DNA of 58,551 nucleotides from a virus (taxonomy: Duplodnaviria; Caudoviricetes): positions 1-58,551 of IMG/VR virus record IMGVR_UViG_3300011335_000817; one strand, written 5' to 3'. This document shows, piece after piece, positions 39,073-48,560 of this stretch (its first letter is position 1; each line of letters begins with the position of its first letter). Both the position numbers and the translations under genes were made by a program. A model generated the notes under the pieces. The model did no database searches and was not told the origin of the DNA. It saw nothing but the letters and a program-made list of their open reading frames with translations.

Positions 39073-40195
39073 TATAGATAAAGCATACACAGATCTACTC
39101 CAAGACATACTAGATAATGGAGTAACTAAACAAGATCGAACTGGTACAGGAACTAAAAGTGTATTTGGTAGACAGATCAGACATAAAATGAGTGAGGGTT
39201 TTCCTTTACTAACAACGAAGAAGATGCATTGGAAGTCAATCGTGACGGAGCTCATCTGGTTTCTTAGAGGCGATACAAATATCAAATACCTTGTAGATAA
39301 TGGATGTCATATTTGGGATGGCGATGCATATAAGAATTACCACAAACAATGGAAAACAGAAGAAACTCAATACACAAAAAACTTCAATACATCTTTACCG
39401 CTCGAGCTGATAAAAGAGAGAGACCTAACAAAAGAAGAGTTTATCAACCGTATCAAAACCGATGATGAGTTTGCAAAGACGTGGGGTGAATTAGGACCGA
39501 TATACGGAAAGCAGTGGAGAAATTGGGAGAAATGTGAATTAACCAATGATGATGATTTTGGAGATGATACATCTTGGGGTGATTGGAATATTAAACAAAT
39601 AGACCAAATCGCAAACTCAATCCATCTACTTAAAACAGACCCCGATAGTAGAAGAAACAAAGTATCGGCTTGGAATGTAGGTGAGTTAGACCAAATGACG
39701 CTTCCACCCTGTCATACTGATTTTCAATTTTATACGAGAGAGTTGAGCTTAGACGAGAGATTAGACCTTATGCGAAAAAGAACAAGAGACGGAACAGTTG
39801 ATTACGATAATAGACACCATAGATTTTTAGATTATCATAATATACCAACCAGAGCAATCTCTCTAATGTGGAATCAACGTAGCGTTGACACTTTTTTGGG
39901 TTTACCATTCAACATAGCAAGTTATGGTTTGTTGTTAGAGATTATTGCTAAGGAAGTGAATATGGTTCCTGATGAATTGATTGGTAATCTAGGTGATGTA
40001 CACCTTTACAGTAACCACATCGAGCAAGCTAAGGAACAGATTAGTAGAGAGCCGTTTGAATTACCTAAATTAAATATACTGCACAATCCATGTAAGGATA
40101 TAGCACCAACAGATATATCATGTTATAACATATTTGATTTTGAATTAATAAACTATCAATCACACCCAGCAATCAAAGCACCACTAAGCAATTAG
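39065..40195 (+). CDS. thyA: Thymidylate synthase with insertions
   Basis: DRTGTGT, PLLTTKK, LGPIYGKQWR, LPPCH, QRSVD, GLPFNIASY, DVHLY. Confidence 0.97.
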   Translation: MNNIDKAYTDLLQDILDNGVTKQDRTGTGTKSVFGRQIRHKMSEGFPLLTTKKMHWKSIVTELIWFLRGDTNIKYLVDNGCHIWDGDAYKNYHKQWKTEETQYTKNFNTSLPLELIKERDLTKEEFINRIKTDDEFAKTWGELGPIYGKQWRNWEKCELTNDDDFGDDTSWGDWNIKQIDQIANSIHLLKTDPDSRRNKVSAWNVGELDQMTLPPCHTDFQFYTRELSLDERLDLMRKRTRDGTVDYDNRHHRFLDYHNIPTRAISLMWNQRSVDTFLGLPFNIASYGLLLEIIAKEVNMVPDELIGNLGDVHLYSNHIEQAKEQISREPFELPKLNILHNPCKDIAPTDISCYNIFDFELINYQSHPAIKAPLSN

Positions 40196-40241
40196 TTTGT
40201 AAAGGTCATATATGTATTGGTATAATTAAAAACTTTATATT

Positions 40242-40403
40242 ATGAACAAAGAACAAGTATTAGGTATTATCCGCCACACATTAACATTCGTAGGTGGTAT
40301 CCTTATTATTAAAGGTATAGCTACAGAAGCTATGACTGAAGAAGTAATCGGAGCAGTAATGACAGCAATCGGTACTGTATGGTCGATTATCAAAAACAAA
40401 TAA
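40242..40403 (+). CDS. Small putative holin (below ORF-track cutoff)
   Basis: MNKEQVLGIIRHTLTFVGG...GTVWSIIKNK, two TM segments. Confidence 0.6.
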   Translation: MNKEQVLGIIRHTLTFVGGILIIKGIATEAMTEEVIGAVMTAIGTVWSIIKNK

Positions 40404-40430
40404 TTTAAGATTACTTCTTATTTACGCATT

Positions 40431-40456
40431 AAGCCCTCATTTTGAGGGCTTTTTTT
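40431..40456 (+). terminator. Intrinsic terminator
   Basis: aagccctca-ttt-tgagggctt followed by T run. Confidence 0.85.
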
Positions 40457-40526
40457 ATTATATTTATAGTTGTACCCATGAAAAACAATATAAAATTATT
40501 GTTTAATTAATAAAAACCCCCAATTC

Positions 40527-42515
40527 ATGAAAAAATTAGTTTTGCTGTTTACGTTAATCGTTACAATGTTCACGGCGCAAGCAAGAAAGTTCTATTTTAG
40601 TGCAGCCGGAAATGACAGCTACACAACAACACAAGCACAAAATCCATTAACACCATGGAAAACATTAGCTAAGCTAAACAGTTTAAGTAGCATCGCAGCT
40701 GCAGGTGACACATTCGCTTTTAAAAGAGGCGAAATATTCGCAAATGGTTCTAATATTGGTAACACCGGTTCTGTAAAATGGTTTGGTGGTGGCTACGAAG
40801 GTAGAAACTTTCCATCAGGTACAGCTGCTAATCCAATCGTATTTACTTATTATGGTGATATGTCTTTAGAAAGACCAAATTTGTTGTATCCAAACCCAAC
40901 TACATTAGCTGGTAACCAAAGAAATGTACTAGCATTTGCAAATGTCAGCTACATAGTAATTGACGGTATTCAATTCAACGACACTAGATTTCCAATTAAT
41001 GATAAAAGATCAGGCGCATTTACTTGTGCTGGGTTATGGTTTGGTGATTCAGGCTATTGTAATGATAGCGAATTATGCAAATGCAGTAATATTACTATTA
41101 AAAATTGCAACTTTAGTAATATAGTGTATGGAATAGTTTGTTTTATGAAAGATGCTGAGATTACAAACAATACATTTAGTAACTTCAAATCTAGTGGTTA
41201 CTTATCAGATACATTAGGTAATAACGATATTGGTGCTGACCCTATTATATGTTCAGGAGCCCGTCTTAGAATTACCAATAACAGGTTTACTGGTTCATGG
41301 GCATATTGTAATCCAAACACATCAAGTAGTGGTTTATTAGGTGGAGCATTAGAAACCATTAATGATTTTGATAGTTGTTTTGTTGCATACAATACCTTTA
41401 TTGATTGCAGTGGTGGTATGGAATTTGGTACAAACGTAGCTGGTGGATATAAAGGTCCAAATGACGATACGATTTGTTATAATAAATTTATTAATTGTTC
41501 TAATATTACATTTTTAAATACTACAGGTCAATTTGGTACTCAAGCAAAAAATGTTCACTTTTGGAATAACTTTTTTGTTGAGGGTAGTAAATCAAGATTT
41601 AGTGGTTATGATGCTGGTGGTGATGCTATGGGAGATGGTCAAACATATGCAAACACAGGATTTATATTTTGGCCACCATATCCACCTAATAAATCAACAC
41701 GCTATCCAGCATCACTAAACTTCCAAAATGCCTGGCGCCCAGTTGCATCTGGCGTAACTACTGGACAATTAGCTGATACAGTCTTTGATATTAGAAATAA
41801 CGTATTTTGGATCAACAATGGTTTCTTTGCTAAATACTCAACATCGGAACGCGGTAAAATATTTTATAAAAACAACATCTATCACCTAGTTAGTGGTTAT
41901 CAAAACCCAGCTGAAGGGCCGTTTACACCTACATCATTAGGTAGTAGTTCAGCTACAACACTATCTACAGGTGAAAAAATAATTAACAGCAAATTGATTG
42001 TTGATAGCTCTAATGTGTACCCACAATATTGGGATATGAGAATTGCTAGTGATACGTCATATGCGGTTGCAGGTGGTACAGATGTAGGATTAACAAGAGA
42101 TTTTGATGGTAATCCAGTAACTGGAACACCGTCAATTGGAATATACCAATATTATAGTACAGTGAGTATTGACTCGTGTAAATTTACTTATGGATCTTGG
42201 TCTACTTGTACTAATGGTTTCCAAAAACGATCATATACATTAAGCTCAAGCAATTGTATTGGGTTACCACCATTAGATAGCATTCAACGAACATGTACTG
42301 TTACTACTATACGTAAATTCTATTACGATCCTACTAGAATAGCAATATACATTGAAAGTAGCATACCAGGACAAATGTTGATAACTAATACATCAGGTTC
42401 AGTTGTTAGAAACGTTACTTACAGAGCAAATGGACAATGGATTAGTGTTAGAAACTTTGCACGTGGTGTTTGTTTCGCATCTACTCAAGGACAAAGTATC
42501 ACTTTCATAAGATAG
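40527..42515 (+). CDS. Secreted right-handed beta-helix protein with TSP1-like repeat and T9SS CTD-like tail
   Basis: Signal peptide, GND...PWKTL, N-rich coil repeats, DFDGNP...PSIGIYQY, WSTC..G.QKR, CTD-like C-terminus. Confidence 0.7.
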   Translation: MKKLVLLFTLIVTMFTAQARKFYFSAAGNDSYTTTQAQNPLTPWKTLAKLNSLSSIAAAGDTFAFKRGEIFANGSNIGNTGSVKWFGGGYEGRNFPSGTAANPIVFTYYGDMSLERPNLLYPNPTTLAGNQRNVLAFANVSYIVIDGIQFNDTRFPINDKRSGAFTCAGLWFGDSGYCNDSELCKCSNITIKNCNFSNIVYGIVCFMKDAEITNNTFSNFKSSGYLSDTLGNNDIGADPIICSGARLRITNNRFTGSWAYCNPNTSSSGLLGGALETINDFDSCFVAYNTFIDCSGGMEFGTNVAGGYKGPNDDTICYNKFINCSNITFLNTTGQFGTQAKNVHFWNNFFVEGSKSRFSGYDAGGDAMGDGQTYANTGFIFWPPYPPNKSTRYPASLNFQNAWRPVASGVTTGQLADTVFDIRNNVFWINNGFFAKYSTSERGKIFYKNNIYHLVSGYQNPAEGPFTPTSLGSSSATTLSTGEKIINSKLIVDSSNVYPQYWDMRIASDTSYAVAGGTDVGLTRDFDGNPVTGTPSIGIYQYYSTVSIDSCKFTYGSWSTCTNGFQKRSYTLSSSNCIGLPPLDSIQRTCTVTTIRKFYYDPTRIAIYIESSIPGQMLITNTSGSVVRNVTYRANGQWISVRNFARGVCFASTQGQSITFIR

Positions 42516-42584
42516 CTTTGGGAGGCAAAATCTAGATTGTATCTTTATCGTGTTAAAAAATTAAAAACCAAAAACGATAAAGTT

Positions 42585-43376
42585 ATGAATCAAGAATTAA
42601 ACACAAGCAGTATGATGACCAGCAAAACATATTCGCTGGATGAAATTAAAACATTAGCCCCATCAGTATTTACTACTGATAAAGCGCCTCACCTAACAGA
42701 CAAATATATCCAAACACCAACATCACGTGTGGTTGAGGATTTGATGAAATTAGGATGGCAAGTAACTAAAGCACAAGAAGTTAGATCTAAAAAGTATAAG
42801 GGATTCCAAAAACACATTATCGTGTTTAGACACCCAGATATTCAGATTAAGGGTAAAAATGGTGATGATGCATTTCCACAGATCCTATTAACAAATAGCC
42901 ATGATGGTAAAGCAGCATTTAATTTTAGAGTAGGTATTTTTAGATTGGTGTGTAGTAATGGATTGGTTGTTAGTGATGCTGATTTTAGTAATGTGAGCAT
43001 CCGCCATATGAATTATACATTTGAATCGTTACAGGCGAAAGTAAACGAGGTAATTGAGAAGTTACCAGGTCTGGTACAGAAGATTAATTTGTTTAAATCA
43101 ACAAAATTAACCGCTGAACAAATGGCTGAGTTTGCTTACAAAGCAGCTACATTTAGAACTAAAGCTAAGGTTAGTGTTGATGAATTATTAGCTGTAGAGC
43201 GTGATGCTGATCATGGTAATGATTTATGGGCTGTGTTTAATAGAGTACAAGAGAAAATACTTGGCGGTTCATTTAGATCAGGTAAGCGTAAGTCACGTTC
43301 AGTAACATCATTCCAAAAGGATATTGAGTTAAATGAGCAATTATTTGAATTAGCAGGTTCATACCTGACAGCATAA
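42585..43376 (+). CDS. DUF932/DUF945-family protein
   Basis: APSVF, LLTNSHDG, GIFRLVCSNGLV, LWAVFNRVQE. Confidence 0.88.
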   Translation: MNQELNTSSMMTSKTYSLDEIKTLAPSVFTTDKAPHLTDKYIQTPTSRVVEDLMKLGWQVTKAQEVRSKKYKGFQKHIIVFRHPDIQIKGKNGDDAFPQILLTNSHDGKAAFNFRVGIFRLVCSNGLVVSDADFSNVSIRHMNYTFESLQAKVNEVIEKLPGLVQKINLFKSTKLTAEQMAEFAYKAATFRTKAKVSVDELLAVERDADHGNDLWAVFNRVQEKILGGSFRSGKRKSRSVTSFQKDIELNEQLFELAGSYLTA

Positions 43377-43417
43377 AAAGATTGGGGGAGGCAACTCCCT
43401 CATCTTATATTTACGTT

Positions 43418-43630
43418 ATGAGTAAAGAATTTGACGATTTTATGAAATCATTAGATGATGATTTTCAAACTAAACCAGGTTTCGTTGAACGCAGAATGAC
43501 ACTTGGTAAACTCAATAACGATAAGCAGTGGGATGAAATATACGAATCGTATAGTGGTGTATCTGATCTACATGATTTTATCGATTGGCTAAAACAAAAT
43601 TATATAGCACCTGAAAGAATACAATTATGA
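43418..43630 (+). CDS. Hypothetical protein
   Basis: ATG directly after motif copy at 43390. Confidence 0.6.
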   Translation: MSKEFDDFMKSLDDDFQTKPGFVERRMTLGKLNNDKQWDEIYESYSGVSDLHDFIDWLKQNYIAPERIQL

Positions 43631-44016
43631 GTAAACACACAGAAGAAGAATGGGTTGCATTAAATAATGCTGTACCACCAAAAAAAGAATATCCTGAACT
43701 AGAAGGTACAAATAATTTGTGTAATGATATTATAAATAAGAAAAAAAGTAAAGACCAAATCATATTAGAAACAATGATCAATAAGATGTTTGAAATAGCA
43801 GGTCACTCTGTTACATTCGAAGATATTAAAGGTCGAACTGATAATTGGTACCAGCAATGGACAATGACTGAAGAACAAAACAAAGAATGGAGAGAATGGG
43901 GTGTTAAATATCTTAAGAAACAAAAACGATGGGTTGAATATTTTGCTAGTAGACAAATGGCTATGTTTGACTTAAATTATGGACTAAAAATAGAAACAAC
44001 AAACCCCGTTATATGA
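43627..44016 (+). CDS. Hypothetical protein
   Basis: ORF track. Confidence 0.65.
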   Translation: MSKHTEEEWVALNNAVPPKKEYPELEGTNNLCNDIINKKKSKDQIILETMINKMFEIAGHSVTFEDIKGRTDNWYQQWTMTEEQNKEWREWGVKYLKKQKRWVEYFASRQMAMFDLNYGLKIETTNPVI

Positions 44017-44471
44017 AACAATTACTAATCCTTATTACCATTGTACTATTAGTTGCTTGTAGCAAACCTAATATTGTACCTGAAAACAAAACACTGTATT
44101 ATAGAATCCAACAAGTAGATTTAGATGGTACAGTAACTTACACACCCGTCAGAAAAATTAAAACTGAACCAGTAGCTAATTTAACTGATGATGAAGATGA
44201 AGATGAAGATGATGATGATGAAGATGATGATGATGAAGACGATGATGATGAAGATGGTGATTGTGATGATCATTACACATTAGCTATTGATTTTACTACA
44301 TTTACAATACGCAATGTGAAGAATGGTATTCAAGTTAATTGGGAAGCAGACGACGAACAAAACGTTAGTCACTACATAATAGAAAGATCTATTGATACAA
44401 AAAACTGGATTGGTAGATTAAATTATACTCCTAATCATTCAGGTAAATATACCGTAATAGATAAATTTTAA
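44013..44471 (+). CDS. Lipoprotein with poly-acidic linker and permuted Bacteroidota Ig/FN3-like domain
   Basis: LVAC lipobox, YYRIQQVDLDG, D/E tract, W..DEQN..YIIERS. Confidence 0.7.
   Translation: MKQLLILITIVLLVACSKPNIVPENKTLYYRIQQVDLDGTVTYTPVRKIKTEPVANLTDDEDEDEDDDDEDDDDEDDDDEDGDCDDHYTLAIDFTTFTIRNVKNGIQVNWEADDEQNVSHYIIERSIDTKNWIGRLNYTPNHSGKYTVIDKF
44187..44256 (+). repeat. GAT/GAA trinucleotide run encoding poly-Asp/Glu
   Basis: gatgatgaagatgaagat... run inside the lipoprotein gene. Confidence 0.85.
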
Positions 44472-44490
44472 ACAAAAAAAAACAAATAAG

Positions 44491-44775
44491 ATGGCAAAGA
44501 AAAAAACAACAGTACAAGAATTACAGGAATTAATTGAATCAACTCCTAAATCAAACATTTTAACTAATGAGCAATTACAAACACTTAAAGACATTTCATC
44601 TGATTTAGCAGACATTAGACGCACATTAGATAATTTGAAAGGTGAAGAAAACATCAGTGATATTATGTTTGAAGTAGGAAGATCATATCACCTTGCTTAT
44701 AAATGTGAAAATGATATTGATTCATTACTTGAATCATATGAAGACAATTGTTATGATTGTGATGAAAACTACTAG
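44491..44775 (+). CDS. Hypothetical protein
   Basis: ORF track. Confidence 0.65.
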   Translation: MAKKKTTVQELQELIESTPKSNILTNEQLQTLKDISSDLADIRRTLDNLKGEENISDIMFEVGRSYHLAYKCENDIDSLLESYEDNCYDCDENY

Positions 44776-44805
44776 TAGGCAAAATTAAAATCGTACATTC
44801 ACGTT

Positions 44806-45432
44806 ATGAATAAAAACAGTAAATTTTACCTGAAAGATAATAGATCATTCAAAGAAAAAACAGCCGACTTTTCTCAAAGCTTATTGTTTTGGAAAGGAAG
44901 AAAAAAAGGTATCATCCATACTAGAGATATTAGTTTGGATGATATCCGAGCTGTTTTTTTTCCTAGAACATTCCATGAAAAATATCAATACTTAGGTTCA
45001 ATACCTTGGAATGAAGAGGGTGCTATATTTAAAGCAATGGAGCCACTAGTAATCTTTATGGATTATAAAGCAAAACCTAAATGGTGTCCAAGATGGGTAT
45101 TACGTTTTTTACATTTATTTGGTAGTGATAATTCAATTGTTAGAGTAAGGAATAGAACACTATATAACTTAGAACAACGCTTAACTAAAGGTATTCAACT
45201 TACTGACTACAAAACTAAATGGGAATGGTATGATTTAAGAATATCAGTATATGGAACTGATCAAATGCAGAATCTAGCTGATGCTATTGAACATAAGTTT
45301 TATAATGATGGTTTGAGAGAAGATCTAGCAGAACAAATTAAAGAATTAGATCCAAACACTAAATTTCATAGTGGGTATGATACTGATTCATTAAAAGATG
45401 AATTAGAAAGATTAGAAAATATACAGCCCTAA
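44806..45432 (+). CDS. Hypothetical protein
   Basis: 208-aa ORF after motif copy. Confidence 0.7.
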   Translation: MNKNSKFYLKDNRSFKEKTADFSQSLLFWKGRKKGIIHTRDISLDDIRAVFFPRTFHEKYQYLGSIPWNEEGAIFKAMEPLVIFMDYKAKPKWCPRWVLRFLHLFGSDNSIVRVRNRTLYNLEQRLTKGIQLTDYKTKWEWYDLRISVYGTDQMQNLADAIEHKFYNDGLREDLAEQIKELDPNTKFHSGYDTDSLKDELERLENIQP

Positions 45433-45545
45433 GTACACGGGACCGAAAGACAGCCGTGGCATACCGTAAGATCTGCTCGCTTAATAGCTCCTAATCGTTA
45501 GTAGGCACTGTTGGCAACTCAGGTGGTGATCGAAAAGTTGCAAAT

Positions 45546-45622
45546 AGTTAGGTGGGCGTAATGAGGAACGGTTTCCGAATCCATTTATGGTTGCTTATCC
45601 GGTTCGAGTCCGGCCCTGACTA
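45546..45622 (+). ncRNA. tRNA-like RNA copy D (77 nt), no D-arm
   Basis: agttagg/cctgact-a acceptor (one G:U), ccgg-ttcgagt-ccgg T-arm. Confidence 0.7.
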
Positions 45623-45679
45623 CACAAATGAATTTTGAAGGCAAAATAACAATCGTATATTCAATTAAATAAAAAGGTT

Positions 45680-46246
45680 ATGAAGAAAATATTAATTATA
45701 CACCCACAAGACAAATCAACAGATTTTTTAATTCCCATTTATATGGATATGGGTGGTTTTCCTGATTTTGATAAACCAACCATTGTTAGAGGTGGAATGT
45801 CTAAAGCTGAAGTAAATGAACAGATTAAACAACATGATCGTATTATAATGATGGGACATGGTTCACCAAGTGGATTATTTTCTGTAGGTCAGTTTACTGG
45901 AACATTTGGTCATATAATTGATAGAGAAACAGTTCCTTTGTTACACGAAAAGGAATGTATTTATATTTGGTGTAATGCAGACCGTTTTATTGAATCATTT
46001 AATTTAAAAGGATTGTACAGCGGAATGTTTATTAGTGAAGTAATGGAAGCTGTTTACTGTGGTTTATATGGTACTAAACAGGAAATAGTAAATGAATCAA
46101 ATGAATTTTTTGCCAAAGAATTTGGTAGAGTATCAGATAAACCACTGGTAGAAGCATTTGAATATATTAAAGATACATATGGTGTTTTAGCCGATAATAA
46201 TCCAGTAGCGAAATATAACCACCATCGTTTATATCTAAACTCGTAA
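45680..46246 (+). CDS. Hypothetical protein, possible caspase/gingipain-like fold
   Basis: MMGHGSP and YIWC resemble a His-Gly/Cys dyad; weak. Confidence 0.45.
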   Translation: MKKILIIHPQDKSTDFLIPIYMDMGGFPDFDKPTIVRGGMSKAEVNEQIKQHDRIIMMGHGSPSGLFSVGQFTGTFGHIIDRETVPLLHEKECIYIWCNADRFIESFNLKGLYSGMFISEVMEAVYCGLYGTKQEIVNESNEFFAKEFGRVSDKPLVEAFEYIKDTYGVLADNNPVAKYNHHRLYLNS

Positions 46247-46264
46247 TCAAAAACCAAAACATAA

Positions 46265-46453
46265 ATGGCAATCCAAACCAAGGACGAAGCACAATCAAAA
46301 GCAGACAGACGTTTAGACAGAAATCTAAATCAACCGGCAAAACCAAAGAAGTACATTCCATTACTTGAAAGAAAATTTAGTGATTTAGTGTCATTAGAGG
46401 ATCAATTGAAATGGGTTGAATTAAAGAAAAAACAAAAAGATAAAGAAATATGA
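46265..46453 (+). CDS. Hypothetical protein
   Basis: ORF track. Confidence 0.55.
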   Translation: MAIQTKDEAQSKADRRLDRNLNQPAKPKKYIPLLERKFSDLVSLEDQLKWVELKKKQKDKEI

Positions 46454-46719
46454 TAATAGTAATATTTGCATTGATTATTGTATTAGCAACTTTTTTGTTC
46501 ACAGCTATTCTTTTTATAAGTAAACTAGAGAAACAAGTTAATTTATTGAATAAGGAACAGCATCAGCAGAATAAGGAAATAATGGAGTTGATGAAATATA
46601 AATCACAACATGATGAAATGTTATTACAACATATTGAAATACTTAAATATCTAATTGAGCAAGATCCTAAATTAAACGCCGGTAAAATGTATTATACTGG
46701 ACCTGTAGGGGAAGCATAA
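46450..46719 (+). CDS. Membrane-anchored coiled-coil protein
   Basis: N-terminal TM. Confidence 0.6.
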   Translation: MIIVIFALIIVLATFLFTAILFISKLEKQVNLLNKEQHQQNKEIMELMKYKSQHDEMLLQHIEILKYLIEQDPKLNAGKMYYTGPVGEA

Positions 46720-46751
46720 CGTACCATATTTATGAGCAAAAATTAAATAAA

Positions 46752-46919
46752 ATGTCAGCACAAACAGAAATGAAAGTAATAAGTGTTCTATTAGATGAAG
46801 CAATGGAACAAGGATTAGAAGTAGAAGTAATTTATAATGCTCTTAAATTGATGAGAGAAGACGATGCATTAACACCATCACAAGCATTTCAGGAAGCAAT
46901 GAATGAGTGGGTAAAATAA
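46752..46919 (+). CDS. Hypothetical protein (below ORF-track cutoff)
   Basis: 55 aa MSAQTEMKVIS...AMNEWVK, after ATATTTAT. Confidence 0.6.
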   Translation: MSAQTEMKVISVLLDEAMEQGLEVEVIYNALKLMREDDALTPSQAFQEAMNEWVK

Positions 46920-46991
46920 GAATTTTGATTTTTGGTTTAAAGATTGGCTAGGCAGAATTGCCTAGCTATCTTTATTTCAAATAAAAAAGTT

Positions 46992-47180
46992 ATGATACAA
47001 TTACAACAAAAAGAAACAACATACGAAGTTGAATATAACGAAGAAACGTATAGCGTTGTGGTATTAGAAGATAATGTTAGTTTAGGTTACACACAATATG
47101 ATGTGTTTGATTATGATGGTGAAGTAGTTAAAGGCGATTTAGAAACGGCAATAATTACTTACCTAGAAGAAAATGTGTAG
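46992..47180 (+). CDS. Hypothetical acidic protein
   Basis: ATG after aaaaaagtt leader. Confidence 0.6.
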   Translation: MIQLQQKETTYEVEYNEETYSVVVLEDNVSLGYTQYDVFDYDGEVVKGDLETAIITYLEENV

Positions 47181-47227
47181 GGCAAAGTAAAAATCGTACA
47201 TTCACGTTAACCAAAAATAAATAAGTT

Positions 47228-48037
47228 ATGAAAAAAAGAGGTAGACCAGCCACTAAAAATGTTACACATGTTCCGTCATTAATCGATTTCGGACAAATTA
47301 CAATGCTTAATCAGTTAAATATTGACAGGCGAATGCTTGAATCAATGGAGACAGAAAGCGAAGTTATTAATCAGTTATTCAGTGAGGAAGGAGGTATTCC
47401 ATGTGCATCAAATTATATGATGATTGGAGATCCTGGTGTAGGTAAAACTACAGTATTACTGGATGTACTTGCTATGGTTCAGAACCATAATAAACAACGT
47501 AAATGTTTGTTCATTAGTGGTGAAATGGGACGTAAGCAAATGTTCAAATATACAGAACGCTTCCCACAATTCGGATTTATTAAAACGCTATTCATGGCTG
47601 ATTATTTAGAGTATAACACTAAAGATGTGTTTGAGCAAGTATTAGCACAAGGATGGGATTTAATTCTAATTGATAGTGCTGCTGAAATCATCGATGGTGT
47701 ACGTGATGATAATAGTTGGGATAGAAAAACGGCTGAAGCGTGGTTCGTTGATATATGCATTAGACATAATAAAGGCGAAAACGCAAATGATAAGTATACA
47801 TCATTCCTAGCTATTCAGCAAGTGACTAAACAAGGCGAATTTGTAGGTAGTAATAAATTAAAGCATTTGTTTGATGCTATGGGTGTTATGCGTCGTGAAA
47901 GTGAACGTGATGGAGGTGGAACATATATCATGTTTGAAAAGAATCGTAATGGTAATGTTGGTATCAAGTTTAATTATCAATTAGAGAACGGAAGTATTTC
48001 ATACGGTGTTCTTAGAGAAGAGGTTGAAGAGATATAA
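47228..48037 (+). CDS. RadA/Sms-like RecA-fold ATPase without Zn finger or Lon domain
   Basis: GDPGVGKTT, ISGEM, LIDS, QVTKQGEFVG..LKHLFD, KNRNG; N-terminal KKRGRP. Confidence 0.8.
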   Translation: MKKRGRPATKNVTHVPSLIDFGQITMLNQLNIDRRMLESMETESEVINQLFSEEGGIPCASNYMMIGDPGVGKTTVLLDVLAMVQNHNKQRKCLFISGEMGRKQMFKYTERFPQFGFIKTLFMADYLEYNTKDVFEQVLAQGWDLILIDSAAEIIDGVRDDNSWDRKTAEAWFVDICIRHNKGENANDKYTSFLAIQQVTKQGEFVGSNKLKHLFDAMGVMRRESERDGGGTYIMFEKNRNGNVGIKFNYQLENGSISYGVLREEVEEI

Positions 48038-48078
48038 TTCTCTTCATCTCTCCCATATTTATTGGAAATGGATAAAAT

Positions 48079-48519
48079 ATGGAAATAAAAGTATGTGGTG
48101 CTTGTTCTAAAGAATTAGACATAACCCAATTTCACAAACAATCATCAAACAAAACAGGTTATCAACATTATTGTAAGGAATGCGTTATTAAGAAGATTAA
48201 AGTAAGATACGCTGAAAAGAAAGATCATGTAGTTAAAAGAAATATGGTCAATAATGAATTGATAAAGGATAGAAATTTCGAATTTGTAAAACGATACCTT
48301 AGGCGATTTGGAGAATGTATTGATTGTGGACATAAAGATATCAGGGTATTAGAATTCGATCATGTACGTGGAAAGAAGAAAAAAGGAGTAAAAATCATGT
48401 GTGGTCATACAGCATCAATTAAAGTAATTAAAGACGAAATAAGAAAATGTGAAATACGATGCTGTAATTGCCACAGAATAAAAACGGGTATTGATTTAAA
48501 TTGGAAGCGAGTTTATTAG
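48079..48519 (+). CDS. HNH endonuclease
   Basis: CGAC..CKEC, CIDCG, LEFDH, KCEIRCCNCHR. Confidence 0.85.
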   Translation: MEIKVCGACSKELDITQFHKQSSNKTGYQHYCKECVIKKIKVRYAEKKDHVVKRNMVNNELIKDRNFEFVKRYLRRFGECIDCGHKDIRVLEFDHVRGKKKKGVKIMCGHTASIKVIKDEIRKCEIRCCNCHRIKTGIDLNWKRVY

Positions 48520-48560
48520 GCACTGCTTCTTACTTACATTCACTACATAAATAAATAATT

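Noticed and set aside
39065-40195. Intron or intein in thyA
   Set aside because: Frame is continuous and inserts are short, without intein terminal motifs
44778-44801. Sigma-54 promoter reading of GGCA
   Set aside because: The TTGC -12 element at the required spacing is absent; the conserved second box is TAnnTTYA
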